DNA of 62,021 nucleotides, filler included, from Globobulimina sp. (lineage: Eukaryota), in assembly GCA_003354225.1 (NCBI GenBank). It is 12 parts of 12 records of this genome, joined end to end, with 100 filler letters (N's around TTAATTAATTAA, not from the genome) between each part and the next. Parts side by side here need not be neighbours in the genome. Positions count along the whole stretch, not along the records: positions 36,270 to 41,346 come from PIVH01000742.1; positions 41,447 to 46,518 come from PIVH01000743.1; positions 46,619 to 51,687 come from PIVH01000744.1; 9 more parts are not named here. One strand, written 5' to 3'. Numbering within the stretch: the stretch's first letter is position 1; each line of letters opens with the position of its first letter. This document shows positions 36,457-47,916 of this stretch, in pieces. The position numbers and the translations under genes were made by a program. The notes beneath the pieces are model-generated. The model was given only the letters and a program-made list of their open reading frames with translations, was not told where the DNA came from and made no database searches.

Positions 36457-37707
36457 CTACAACTTATCCATTTGCAATCCAAATGACGTATATTCAATTG
36501 TATCGAAAAATTTTACATTATTTTGTCTCAACAGATAGAATGCCAAAGGAAATGTGACTGCAATGAATAAAAGTAAGAAGATAATGCAAGCTATTGATAT
36601 TTTTACAGGTCCGGATAACGCAGACAATGGTACTTTTATAATGACATAAATGCACGAACCACCGTATGCAATGAGTAAATAAAGCATGAGCTTCCAATAA
36701 TATTCATTCATTGCATGCTTTTTAATTTTATCATTGTACATTAAGATTATGTATGGAACCAATGGAATTGTGGCAAAAATAATAGTCGGCACAATGGAGA
36801 ATAATACTTTTTCACAAATGGTATATTGCACTACATCGCTATTTTGCCATTGCTTGTTCAATACATCATAAATAAAGATAAGTTTTGGAATATTAAACAT
36901 TAATAAAATAATTACTAAATCAGTCGCATCCAATTTATTATCAACATAATGAGCAAAACAAAAAGGGAAAAAATGAATAACTTCAATCAATACAATTGGA
37001 GCAAACGCAAATGAGGCAGATAAAATTATTTTTATTTTGGTGGGAATATCCAAACCACGCCGGCCATATTCAATTGCCGTTGTGGCCAGGGACAATTTGA
37101 TTGGATTCAACATGAAACTGCAGAGGGATATGATTAGCTGCGCTATGTTGAAAGTTTCAATTTGCGAATACGAACTGACTGATCCTAATAAGTACGATAA
37201 ATTAATGATATATAACGGAAAGGTCATCATTCCAGTCAATAAGGCATCGATTAGGGACAAATGAGCTAATTGCTGTCGACTGACATGACTGGATATTTTA
37301 GCGTAGGTATTGATTAATGGTATATTTAGGATTGGAATACACATTAAATAATGTAGTAAATTATAATCAACTCCATCCATGCTGACATTTATTGCATTAA
37401 ACCATGAACAGCAACAAATAGTGCATGAAACCATTGATAAAGGAAAGATAAGAAACAAACTTGAAATAACAAAGAATCCAACATTGGATGCATATGAATA
37501 TACATTAATTAACAATAACAACTCAGATATAATACCCGCGATCATTGTAAATGATAACATTATTGATATTATTTTGAATAATACTTTTATGAAAAACTTG
37601 CATGTTGAATCCTGATCGACTGTTACATGTACAACTTGTATTTCGCTGTCTCGATCATCACTTGATAATAAGCTTACGTCCAATTGTTGTAAGTTTAAGT
37701 CTGACAT
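36457..37707 (-). CDS. Hypothetical polytopic membrane protein (~10 TM)
   Basis: 416-aa ORF dominated by hydrophobic helices. Family not recognised. Confidence 0.65.
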   Translation of the reverse strand: MSDLNLQQLDVSLLSSDDRDSEIQVVHVTVDQDSTCKFFIKVLFKIISIMLSFTMIAGIISELLLLINVYSYASNVGFFVISSLFLIFPLSMVSCTICCCSWFNAINVSMDGVDYNLLHYLMCIPILNIPLINTYAKISSHVSRQQLAHLSLIDALLTGMMTFPLYIINLSYLLGSVSSYSQIETFNIAQLIISLCSFMLNPIKLSLATTAIEYGRRGLDIPTKIKIILSASFAFAPIVLIEVIHFFPFCFAHYVDNKLDATDLVIILLMFNIPKLIFIYDVLNKQWQNSDVVQYTICEKVLFSIVPTIIFATIPLVPYIILMYNDKIKKHAMNEYYWKLMLYLLIAYGGSCIYVIIKVPLSALSGPVKISIACIIFLLLFIAVTFPLAFYLLRQNNVKFFDTIEYTSFGLQMDKL

Positions 37708-37773
37708 GCTGTGAATTAATAAAAACTGTTTAGTGGAAGTGTATCTAGCTATATATATATATAGATACTAGTG

Positions 37774-38259
37774 ATGAGTCGACGTTTTATTGACATTATC
37801 AATAAAACATTGATTAACATATCAAATCGGAAAGTATTCACAATGCAACATGGTATATTAAAACCATATTATAGTTACAATAAGTATCAATTTTGTAACA
37901 GTTCAAAACCAAGATTATCAAACACCATTCCTGATCCATCAAATATCATTGGACCGTCTCATTGGAAATTATCGAAATTACATAAACCATACAAAACAAC
38001 CGAATGTTTTGAAAGCAATACAATTCCAAAACTGTTCACATCAAAACATAATACAAAGGAAGGCGTTTCTGGATTGGTTCATGTTATCAATGGGGAATTG
38101 GAAATGATAGTGTTTGCAAATAATAAAGACATTGAAACAGATCAAACATATATTGTAAAAGCAGGACAGTGTATGATTATAGAGTCACAACAATGGCATA
38201 AAGTTGCTGCAAATACTGATGATTTAAAATTTTACATTGAGTTTTGGAAAATTCCATAG
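37774..38259 (+). CDS. DUF1971 (TehB N-terminal/YeaR-like) cupin with mitochondrial presequence-like extension
   Basis: YKTTECFESNTIPKLFTSKHNTKEGVSGLVHVINGEL...QQWHKVAANTDDLKFYIEFW, preceded by a basic, nearly acid-free N-terminus (MSRRF...). Confidence 0.75.
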   Translation: MSRRFIDIINKTLINISNRKVFTMQHGILKPYYSYNKYQFCNSSKPRLSNTIPDPSNIIGPSHWKLSKLHKPYKTTECFESNTIPKLFTSKHNTKEGVSGLVHVINGELEMIVFANNKDIETDQTYIVKAGQCMIIESQQWHKVAANTDDLKFYIEFWKIP

Positions 38260-38568
38260 GAGAATACCATATGTGTGGGTTGCCCTTACTGGCTTTTGTG
38301 TGTGTTGCCTAACCTAAACTTCATAGCTATAGTAGACTGACTAGACTCAAACATATTATAATTTACAAAAAAACACCTATTTAATTTACAAAAAAACTTT
38401 TTACAAAAATCTAAACTAATGTACTGTCATTCAATATAAAGTTGCAGATATTGACCAGACAAGAATCATTTGATCCATTCCACAGAAATATTGATACGAG
38501 ATACAACACAAATTATGAGGAGGTACTACAATTATGATAAGAAATATTACTAACAATAGACCAATAAA

Positions 38569-39897
38569 ATGCTAACACTAAAAATGATGCCCCTTCCCGT
38601 CAATGAATCTCACCGGATTCAACGAAGAAACAGGAAGCAAAAATGTGTCACAAAAACGCCACAAACCCCACCAACTCCACGTAAAAGAGATAGAAACATT
38701 ATTAAGTCACCAAATACCGATATCGATAGCGATGAAACTATTAATACATGGGATACATCTCATACATATAATAAATCTCAAATAAAATTTATTAACCAAG
38801 GACTGATTGGTGAAGGTTCATTCAGTTTGGTCTATAAAGTTAAAAAAACTAAAACCAATAAAGTTTACGCATTAAAAGAATCCATCAACAAAAGCAAAAT
38901 CCGCCAGAATGGCAACTTTGACTATTCAGATATTGACGGTCTCTCTGAAGTTATGATCTGCAAAAAAATACAGTCAGCCAATGGAAATGTATCTTTTTTC
39001 CATCCAAATATCTGTAAATTTCGTTTTTTTTTCTTTTTGGATACGCGGATGTATCAAATTTACGAGTTGTATCCACATGGAACACTCCAACAATTGATTG
39101 ACTGCCAAAGCACAAAATTAAGCTCATTACAAATCTTACAAATTCTGATACAACTTGTCAACGGACTGTGTTATATACATTACAAAAATATAATTCATTG
39201 CGACCTAAAACCCGAAAACATTTTTGTCGAAAACAAAGCGTCGGGTGTTTATTTTCTGAAGATTGGGGACTTTGGAATTGCCACCGATACAAAGCGTGAA
39301 CTGCATGGTAACAAAACGGAAATAAAATTACCATCCGGCGATCCTATATATATTGCACCGGAAATACTAAATCAAATCGATAGTCGGCATACAAATGACA
39401 AACATTTAAAGAATGTGGATGTGTTTAGTTTGGGTATTATTCTCATCGAAGTATTGTTGGATGTGAAGCTCCCGTCGCAAGGCCAGATATTCACTGATTT
39501 ACGGAATATAAAATGTGAAAATAATAAACATATTGATTGGAATGTAATTTTAGGCGATTTGTATACAAATATATGTACGGAAGAAGATGAAATGATGTGT
39601 ATATTAAAAAATAAATTTATTCCTAAGATGATGTATAAAGACCCGAAAAATAGAATTTCGTCAAAAGAGTTGGCGCCATTAATCAATGAGTATTGTGACA
39701 ATAAAATGAAACAAAAATCTTTCATCGAATTTGGAAAGTTAAACCTGCCGCCAATTAATAATCAACGCAGCGCCAAACAAACGCCACCAGTTTTTTGCTG
39801 TGATAAACGCAGTCTCAATCAAATTCCGATCAAAATAGCTATGCCAAGCGCACAAAAAACACAATATGATACAATGAATAATGGATTTCTTTTATAA
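38569..39897 (+). CDS. Wee1/Myt1-like protein kinase
   Basis: IGEGSFSLVYKV, YALK, HCDLKPENIF, KIGDFGIA, Wee-type GDPIYIAPE and LPSQGQIFTDLR, and an N-terminal TPPTP cluster. Confidence 0.8.
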   Translation: MLTLKMMPLPVNESHRIQRRNRKQKCVTKTPQTPPTPRKRDRNIIKSPNTDIDSDETINTWDTSHTYNKSQIKFINQGLIGEGSFSLVYKVKKTKTNKVYALKESINKSKIRQNGNFDYSDIDGLSEVMICKKIQSANGNVSFFHPNICKFRFFFFLDTRMYQIYELYPHGTLQQLIDCQSTKLSSLQILQILIQLVNGLCYIHYKNIIHCDLKPENIFVENKASGVYFLKIGDFGIATDTKRELHGNKTEIKLPSGDPIYIAPEILNQIDSRHTNDKHLKNVDVFSLGIILIEVLLDVKLPSQGQIFTDLRNIKCENNKHIDWNVILGDLYTNICTEEDEMMCILKNKFIPKMMYKDPKNRISSKELAPLINEYCDNKMKQKSFIEFGKLNLPPINNQRSAKQTPPVFCCDKRSLNQIPIKIAMPSAQKTQYDTMNNGFLL

Positions 39898-40058
39898 ATA
39901 TATTTGTTATTACATAACTGTACAAAGTAAAATCGGGTTTCTTTTTCCCTTTTCAATTGTTAAATGTGTTCAATTTGTGATAAAATACTATTATACGCGT
40001 CCTAAAATTCAAAAAACTTTTTGACTTTAATAGTAGCTAAAAACACAGCATTTTTTAA

Positions 40059-41346
40059 ATGCATAACAATCAAAATGATGGAGACATCAAAAAGGACATT
40101 AAAAGCAGTCACCAACAGTATCACAATAACACGCAATTATTATGTATTTGCGGGGAGTTTTTATGGATCACAGTACCTCATATCTATGGACCAAATGTGA
40201 ATGTATATTGCAATGTGTGTCAACGAGCAAATCTATCAAATGAAATAATTTATCATTGCAATAAGCAAGATATTCGACATCCGAATGGATATGATTTATG
40301 TGACAACTGTTCGATGAATAATATAACTGCATCCCTCCCATTATCAGACTTTCTCAAAGCATTTGGAAACACAAAGCATAATCAAACAGTTTTACTGCCA
40401 GTCTTATACAAAAAGAGGGAATTATATTGTTCAAAAATATCAATGTTGGTCAAAGAAAAAACAAATCCGGTTAAGATATGCAACCTTTTTTTTTTGCAAA
40501 TAATACCTTTTGGTCGGAAATTATATAGAACGCAGTTTTAGAAAGTTTCCCTTTGAACAGAGAAACAGATGAAATGTTGGTGTTATATGGACAGTTATTT
40601 GGTGAGATATTTAACGATCCATCATTACTCTCAGCAATATATTATGAGCCAGAATACAAAAGCATCGATTCAATGGTTCGATTATTAACAGAATCATTGC
40701 TATCAAACCCATATAACCAGACTCACGAATTTATATTCATTCAAATAATATGCGATGTAATCGATTATGAATTCCATCAAACAAAGGATTTAAACATTTT
40801 TTTGAGACAAAACAGCGCGGCAACCAAATTATTTTCAGCTTATTTAAAAAGAGCACCAATTGAAATATTTATTAATAATATCATAAAAGAAGCATGTTCT
40901 TATTGTTTGGTGGAATATAAAGAAAACTTAGATATTAATCCAAAAACAGTTATGTTACTTTCTACATTCGACAAAAACATTCGATTGTTTTTATGAATAA
41001 TGCAACCTCAGATGTTGGGGAAAACGGTGGATGAAATTGACGAAATAAAAAGAAAATTGGCAAAATATATTGATTTTATATTATTAAAAATAATGAATGC
41101 GTCAGAATATCCAATGGGTTTAAGAATTATTTGTAGAAAATTGAATGATTTGGCAACAGCAAAGGAAGCAAATAACGGCAAGTTAAAGAATTCATTAATT
41201 GGCGGATTTATATTCTTAAGAATATTTAACCCAAACATTGTAATTTTTGCACATAAAGCAAGCAATAAAAAACCATACAAAAAAAATGCATTAAATATCC
41301 GAACAAAATTTACATTGATCTCAAAAATATTGCAAAACATTTCAAA
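40059..41346 (+). CDS. RasGAP-domain protein with N-terminal Cys/His zinc-binding module; multi-exon, 3' truncated
   Basis: Arg finger FLRQNSAATK, IGGFIFLRIFNPNIV and LISKILQNIS. N-terminal CICG...CNVC...YHC...HPNGYDLCDNC. Confidence 0.8.
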
Positions 41347-41743
41347 NNNNNNNNNNNNNNNNNNNNNNNNNNNNNNNNNNNNNNNNNNNNTTAATTAATT
41401 AANNNNNNNNNNNNNNNNNNNNNNNNNNNNNNNNNNNNNNNNNNNNTGTATTATTCTATGTACAATTTCGTTTTTCGTGATACAAAAACAGAGTTCCCAA
41501 TTTAAGGTTTGCGGGATGACTCCGAAATTTTATGTCATATAATATTTTATTTCAAGTTTGATTGAGACCCGAGATTATATTCGAGCCTAGGGACAAAAAG
41601 TTTTGCTGACACTTGTTCTTCAAAACTTTAAGAAATCAAAATAAGCAGATCAGCTACATTTCAATTGAGGATATATATTCGAGTATTTCTAGTGCAAACA
41701 ATGCAGATCCTTGCACAGATAGATGTGGTTTGTCTCTCTGTTT

Positions 41744-42859
41744 TTATGAACGAAATACTTTAAGTTTATTTGTAATTAGTGTTTGGCAAACTGGACACTT
41801 ATTGTTTGTCAACCTATTCGAACATTGCTGGCACATTAACAAATGATGACACGGTTCAAAAAATATTTCTTGCTTTCTCTCCAAACAGGTGATACACAAC
41901 ACATTATTTTTATGCTTCCTTTCGATCACCTTTTCTAACCTTGACATGCTTGTCGTAATGATCTCTTTCAATTGATACAAACCATTCAAATCCATTGCTT
42001 TTACATCCAATCCCTTCAATTTATTTATTTCTTTTTCCAATTTCGCATTCTGTCCACTCATTTCTTCCACTTTCCTCTCCAACAATGTATTCTGCGTAGC
42101 ACAAACATGAAATCGTGCTTGCAAACTTGCAAATTGTCGCTCAAAATTAAGCCCATCACTGGTGGCCATTGAATAAAAGGATATCGTTGAAAACTCAGAT
42201 ACGCGATTTTGATACGCTTGCGTCAATGCATGCGGTAAATTAAAACGAAATCCTGCTGAGTGATGAACGAAAAAATGGTCAGAATCATCTATTTCTACGA
42301 GTTTAATTGTTTTGTTTGCGAGCTGTATTCCATCCAAAAATCCAATAAGCTCTTTCGACACTGATTCGCCTGCACATTATTAGAGTCTCTATGTATATGC
42401 AAATGTGGGTGATATAATGGGGTATGGACCTGCACAAAATTCATTCTTTCCATAACCAACAATCCAACCGTTTGCCTTGCCACACAATGACATATATTTT
42501 ATATTTCCACAATGTTCATTTGCAACTTTGAGGGCACCTGAATTTGTCTCCAAATATGCAGTGCAGGAACCGTTTTTAAATGTAATTGCGTATTGATCGC
42601 GGAGGCCAAATGAGATTTGTTTGACATCGCGTTTGTTAATGATTTGCATAGTCTCCATAAAATGCTCTCCGCCAAGATACATGGAATTCTTCTTTACATT
42701 GCTATTGGCGATTACAGCAAAATAATTTGATGGGCCCAATGCCACACAAGATATGGTATGCCCCGTGGAATGATATTTTTTGACGGTATCGAGTAATGCG
42801 GTATTGTCGGATGATATGTTGTACCCGTTCTTCCCTACAATCACTGCGTAAACTGACAT
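41744..42859 (-). CDS. C-terminal RING (C3HC4) E3-ligase-like protein with coiled coil and N-terminal beta-rich repeats; 2 exons
   Basis: A 60-nt intron (42429-42370) joins the ORFs. CITC...PCHH..MCQQC...CPVC. Confidence 0.8.
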
Positions 42860-43100
42860 GTTAAAAATGGGCAGAAAAACAGTTAACCTACGTAATGCTA
42901 CATTTGCGTGTAGTATATTACCTGTTGTACCCGAGTAAATATAATTGTGTTTTTATCGTTGGTGTTAATAGTCAGAACCAAGCAACATTTAGAAACCAGG
43001 AATATACAGGGTTTTCAAATGTTGGTTGGTTACAAACCCTAGGAACTAGTATAGACTGAAAAATGAAAAAAATAATACAAGGAACTAACAATAATATTTA

Positions 43101-44771
43101 TCAAAAGAAAAATGTCTCAGTATGACAATCAATTTTTTGTTGAACTGATTTTTTTTTCACATCACAGATCATCGGCATTGGACCACATGCGAAAATAGCA
43201 CATTTCCCAAATGATTTTGCCGTAGTAATAACGTCATCCATTTTGGGTCTGTGGAATGATATACCATCACCATACAGGTTTGTAAATTTATTTATTTTGT
43301 TATTATCTGTAACTCTCGTAACAAAATAATTTGTTTTGATTTTTGTTTGTTTGATAACAATGTCTTGTTGAAAAAATGTGTGTTTATTATCAATCTGAGC
43401 CACAGATTGCCAATGAATAGCATTAAATTCTTCCATTGTCGTCAATTCAGGATTTCGTATCATCCATAAGAAATGTATACGTTTTATGGTTGTGATGTTA
43501 TTATTTTGTATATATTCAATTAAATGATTGAACATATTTTGTATCGGAGTAATACCGATACCGCCGGCAACAAAAACAATTGAATTATATTTTTCCATCG
43601 GAAGCTTTGTTTTGCCGTAAGGTCCCTCCATAAAAACTGTTAAAGAATTCCAATTTACTATCATCTGACTATTATGGTTCAAATCTGTTAATTGTTTTAA
43701 TTTTTTTGTCCAATCTCCTAAGACTTTAATATGAAATTCAACAATGACCTGATTTTTTGCATTTGTATAATAGTTTGAAATACTGAATGGATGCCATTCT
43801 GTTATATTTATAGCAGGGATGCAAACAAAACAATATTGACCTTCTACAGCGCGGAATGTATTTTTTTGTAAAGTCAGTTTAATTATATCATCGCTCAATA
43901 ATTCTACGGCTAAAACTTTTAAATGACAATTTGGAAAAATTAAAGGTGCCAATAATGAAATATAACAACGATATAAAACATCAAATAACCAACAAAATAT
44001 TGCTATTTTCATCCAATATGAATCAAACCAAAAATGTGAATCATGTTTCATTCCAAAATAGAAAAATCCCAACAAAAACACCCAATGTGTTTTCAAAAAA
44101 AATTCCCAATGATTTCTTCGAAAAAATGATAAACTGCATACAAATAAGAAGCTGCAACAAATGAATGCTATTAAGCCAGATACATTTGTTGATATTGATA
44201 AATTTTCATTTATCATTGCTGTATCATTCCAATAGAATAATAAACATGAAAAATGAGCGTAAATTAAAAATACAGCATAACGGCCAAACCAGATATGGTA
44301 AAATAGCGCTCTTTCAAACGGAATACCAATTAAAAAATACCAAAATGTATTGCGTGTCGCTAAGGTCCAGGTGAGAGAGTAAATTATTACACTTTGATGA
44401 CCGCAAACTAACCCAAATATTCTGAAAGAATCTTTTATATCGGTTGCATTCGACAATTCTTTTTCATGTAATTCTATGGAAAACGATATTATTTCAAATA
44501 TTATAAAGCAAAACAAAATCAAAATATCAATTACAGGAATAAATTTGTTTTTTAGTATTGGCAATGTAAACGTATGTAATACAAATGTATTGGCTGTAAT
44601 CTTCCATCGTAATTGTTCGTAAAATTGAACAAGTTTTGATAAACATGAAACCCCACACGTTTTTTCTAAGCATAATACAGAATGTGATAAAAGTGGCGGA
44701 TTCTCATTACCTTGGTACATGTCATTATCACAATCAATCTCAACAGCAGAACTGCTTTGATGTTGTGACAT
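43101..44771 (-). CDS. NADPH oxidase / ferric reductase (NOX/FRE) family protein
   Basis: Two H-x13-H heme pairs (YHIWFGRYAVFLIYAH, THWVFLLGFFYFGMKH), FAD motif EWHPFSIS, NADPH motifs EGPYG, VAGGIGITP and FACGP, and C-terminal HTETF. Confidence 0.92.
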   Translation of the reverse strand: MSQHQSSSAVEIDCDNDMYQGNENPPLLSHSVLCLEKTCGVSCLSKLVQFYEQLRWKITANTFVLHTFTLPILKNKFIPVIDILILFCFIIFEIISFSIELHEKELSNATDIKDSFRIFGLVCGHQSVIIYSLTWTLATRNTFWYFLIGIPFERALFYHIWFGRYAVFLIYAHFSCLLFYWNDTAMINENLSISTNVSGLIAFICCSFLFVCSLSFFRRNHWEFFLKTHWVFLLGFFYFGMKHDSHFWFDSYWMKIAIFCWLFDVLYRCYISLLAPLIFPNCHLKVLAVELLSDDIIKLTLQKNTFRAVEGQYCFVCIPAINITEWHPFSISNYYTNAKNQVIVEFHIKVLGDWTKKLKQLTDLNHNSQMIVNWNSLTVFMEGPYGKTKLPMEKYNSIVFVAGGIGITPIQNMFNHLIEYIQNNNITTIKRIHFLWMIRNPELTTMEEFNAIHWQSVAQIDNKHTFFQQDIVIKQTKIKTNYFVTRVTDNNKINKFTNLYGDGISFHRPKMDDVITTAKSFGKCAIFACGPMPMICDVKKKSVQQKIDCHTETFFF

Positions 44772-44814
44772 TATGACTAAAGAAGTGAGAAAGTTTTAAG
44801 TCATTAAATGGTCA

Positions 44815-46518
44815 ATGTCGTTAATCACTGTATTCCTTGTTTGCAATTGTTTAATCAGCCGCATCATGCATGTAACGGCTGAATGGGGTTTTTCAGGAGT
44901 CGGTGGCCCATCTGGGCAAATTGAATATTCTGTAAATATCCAAGAAGCTACCACCTATATTGATATTATTTATCATGGAACTGATGTTTGGGTCGGGATG
45001 GCATTTGGTATGTATTAGCTATACATATATGACCGCAACATACACATATTTTTACTGTTAATTTAAGGGGGATTAACAATGAGAGATACTTATTCAATGA
45101 TATTTGGTACCCCCTCTGAAAAGAGCAACAATCCCACAATGATGGATTATTGGTTGGTGGGACATGATAAAGGCCTAAAAAAGAACGAATGTGCTGGCTC
45201 GTGTTCTCAATTAATATCATATTCAATGGCAAATGGCGTGACTATTATCAATGCCTCGTTAGATAATGATGCCGGAAGTGTGTACACATACAATTTTGAT
45301 CCGACCGGTGCAACGCCTGTGGAGTTAATGAGTGCGTGGGGCAAAGAAAAACTATTTTATGCTGGTGAACATTGCGGCGGATGTTGGGGAACCGGGACCT
45401 TTACTTATTCAACAAATTCAGACACAGCGGTTAAAATTCTATCAAAAACACAATTAGGTCCTTCTCCAGTGTCATTGGCCTTGTTTCTACGTAAAAATGA
45501 TAGTTTAATGGATCTGACTATATACGGTCCCACTGACAGATGGTTTGGCATTGGTTGGGGCTCACATTCCAGCGGTGATTCATTAATATATGATTCAACC
45601 GGAACTTATGATTATTATTTAGGCGGACAAAACGCGAATAATATTGTAAAAGATACAACAAATAATTTTAATGTTTTGTCAGATTCTGTTATTGCCTCAG
45701 AACGCGTGGTTCGTGTAACGCGTACCTTTGATACCGGCGATAGTTTACATGATTTAATTTTCGATATGACATTAGATACAGTTACGTTTTTGGTGGCAAT
45801 GGGCCAATCAGCAGAATATGCGGTTTCTTATCACGGTCGCTCCAATCGATGGAGCATTGTTGTAACCTATGATGGTTCGAATGTAACTTTGCCAGAAACG
45901 ACAACTACAACAAGCACAATAAGACCGACTGTAGTGATTGATCCAAATGCAACGACAAAAATATTTCCAAGAATGGAAATTGGATATAATTCAGGTATTG
46001 ACATTGCAATTAAATTGGATAAAACCACAGAAATATTTGAGGTTGAATTGTATGGCCCCATTGGAGCATGGTATGGCGTTTTATTTAGTTCACATGATGG
46101 AGGAGACGCATTTCTTTATACCACAGGTTATGACGGAGTGCATATTGCAGGTATGGCATAATTCTAAAATATCAGAAACATTTACCTTTTTGACATGCAG
46201 TATTATATAAAAAACAGGAGAAACACCGGATTATTCGGTTCAAGGTATAATGGCAAGCGACATAACAAATGATTTCACACAGAATTGGAATGTGACTGAA
46301 ATATCACAAGTTGGTGGCAAACAGAAAATTGTTGGATGGAGAAAATTTAACACCGGAGATATTGCAAATGATTATATCATTAACTATGATGTTAACACAT
46401 TGGTTTTATATGTTGCTCATTCATCAGCTGATACATTGCAGTTTGATTATCATGGAATGGATTCAAGATGGAAAGTAACCATTGACTTAGAGTCCGGCGG
46501 CAGTGTCGACCCTAAAAC
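44815..46518 (+). CDS. Secreted multi-DOMON protein (at least 3 domains); 3 exons, 3' truncated
   Basis: Signal peptide; introns 45008-45067 and 46151-46217 are frame-consistent. WVGMAFG / WFGIGWG / WYGVLFS, RTFDTGD / RKFNTGD, and distal His in GEH, SYHG and DYHG. Confidence 0.8.
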
Positions 46519-46798
46519 NNNNNNNNNNNNNNNNNNNNNNNNNNNNNNNNNNNNNNNNNNNNTTAATTAATTAANNNNNNNNNNNNNNNNNNNNNNNNNN
46601 NNNNNNNNNNNNNNNNNNTAATAATAAACGTAGAGCAATTATTCTGCTTATAATGACTTTGTGTATGTGTGTGTTTGTGTTTGTTGTTGAAGTGAAGTTT
46701 TTTATCTTTGAACTGAACTTCAACAAACTTTTTACCCGCCCGCCGTCCCGGGATTATATATACTAAAATTGTCTCCATATAAATTAATTTAATTTAAT

Positions 46799-47842
46799 TC
46801 AATTCTTTCTCCCGTTTGCTCGAAATATAATAATAAAGAAAGACCTAAAGAAACAACAGTTATTATGAAAATAATAATAATTCAACGCAGTTACCCATTC
46901 ACTCAGCGTTTTCTCATCATTTAATGAATAAATTGGTCGGAAATTCAATTTTTTATTTGTACTTTTTGTATCCCATATAATTCCATTACTAATTGGAATT
47001 TTATAACGTTTTTGAAAATTTGTTTTAATCACATCGCCATATTTCAAGTATTTATGCTGTGCCAATTTCATTAAAACATCGGTTACATTAAATGTTTCAT
47101 TACCAATTAAATAAAAATTATTTTTCGTTCCATATTTAATAATTTGACGATATGCAAAAGCACAGTCTCGCACATCAATCCATGATGTAACTATATTTCG
47201 CATCGAATTAAACTGTGAATTTTGATTATTAATCAAATCCGTAACTACCGTGTCCCAAACACCACCTCTGTTAATCGGAGAGGGCCCATACACTGAACAC
47301 ACATACACATTAATCACATTATAGCCGGCATTAATATAATTATTTTGTACATAATTATCCATGTACACCTGAGCTGAGATTGTCTTTAAGTTCGAAAACA
47401 TTGAATTCTTGTATTTATGGAATGGAATTGGTGTATTTGAAGCATTTGGTGAAATCGTTACATTTTTCATATCTTCTGTCCATAATGAAAAATTCCCACT
47501 GGTTGTAACTACCAACATATTTGGATTATATTCGTACGACGCAGTTACTAAATTATCGCAATATTTTTCATTTTGTTGGTTATTTGAGAATCTTGAAACT
47601 AAACTCACAACACAAGTCACTTTATATTTAGATAAAATGGAGCTGATATCACGTTTTGTAATCTGTTTTGAATCGCAAACTATAACATTACTACAAATTC
47701 GTTTTAACGATGAAATATATTGACTTGTTGGCCGAACTAACGCATAACATTGAAAACCTGGTGTTTCAGTTAATAGGTTGACTAATGTCCCACCAATGTA
47801 TCCTGTTCCACCAATTATCAATACTCTATGCTCTTTTGTCAT
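46799..47842 (-). CDS. NAD-dependent epimerase/dehydratase-like extended SDR (3' end uncertain)
   Basis: RVLIIGGTGYIG, ALVR, SVYGP, SWIDVRDCA. Confidence 0.8.
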   Translation of the reverse strand: MTKEHRVLIIGGTGYIGGTLVNLLTETPGFQCYALVRPTSQYISSLKRICSNVIVCDSKQITKRDISSILSKYKVTCVVSLVSRFSNNQQNEKYCDNLVTASYEYNPNMLVVTTSGNFSLWTEDMKNVTISPNASNTPIPFHKYKNSMFSNLKTISAQVYMDNYVQNNYINAGYNVINVYVCSVYGPSPINRGGVWDTVVTDLINNQNSQFNSMRNIVTSWIDVRDCAFAYRQIIKYGTKNNFYLIGNETFNVTDVLMKLAQHKYLKYGDVIKTNFQKRYKIPISNGIIWDTKSTNKKLNFRPIYSLNDEKTLSEWVTALNYYYFHNNCCFFRSFFIIIFRANGRKN

Positions 47843-47916
47843 ATCTGTTTTGCCATTGATGTTTTCAGATGTAAGTGAGTATTTTTTACTAAATAAGTAT
47901 TTTTGCACCTTGAATC

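Noticed and set aside
10368-39897. Cdc25-like, PP2A B'' and Wee1-like genes as a cell-cycle cluster
   Set aside because: The Wee1-like gene is on a different contig, and the rhodanese looks Acr2/Ych1-type rather than a true Cdc25.
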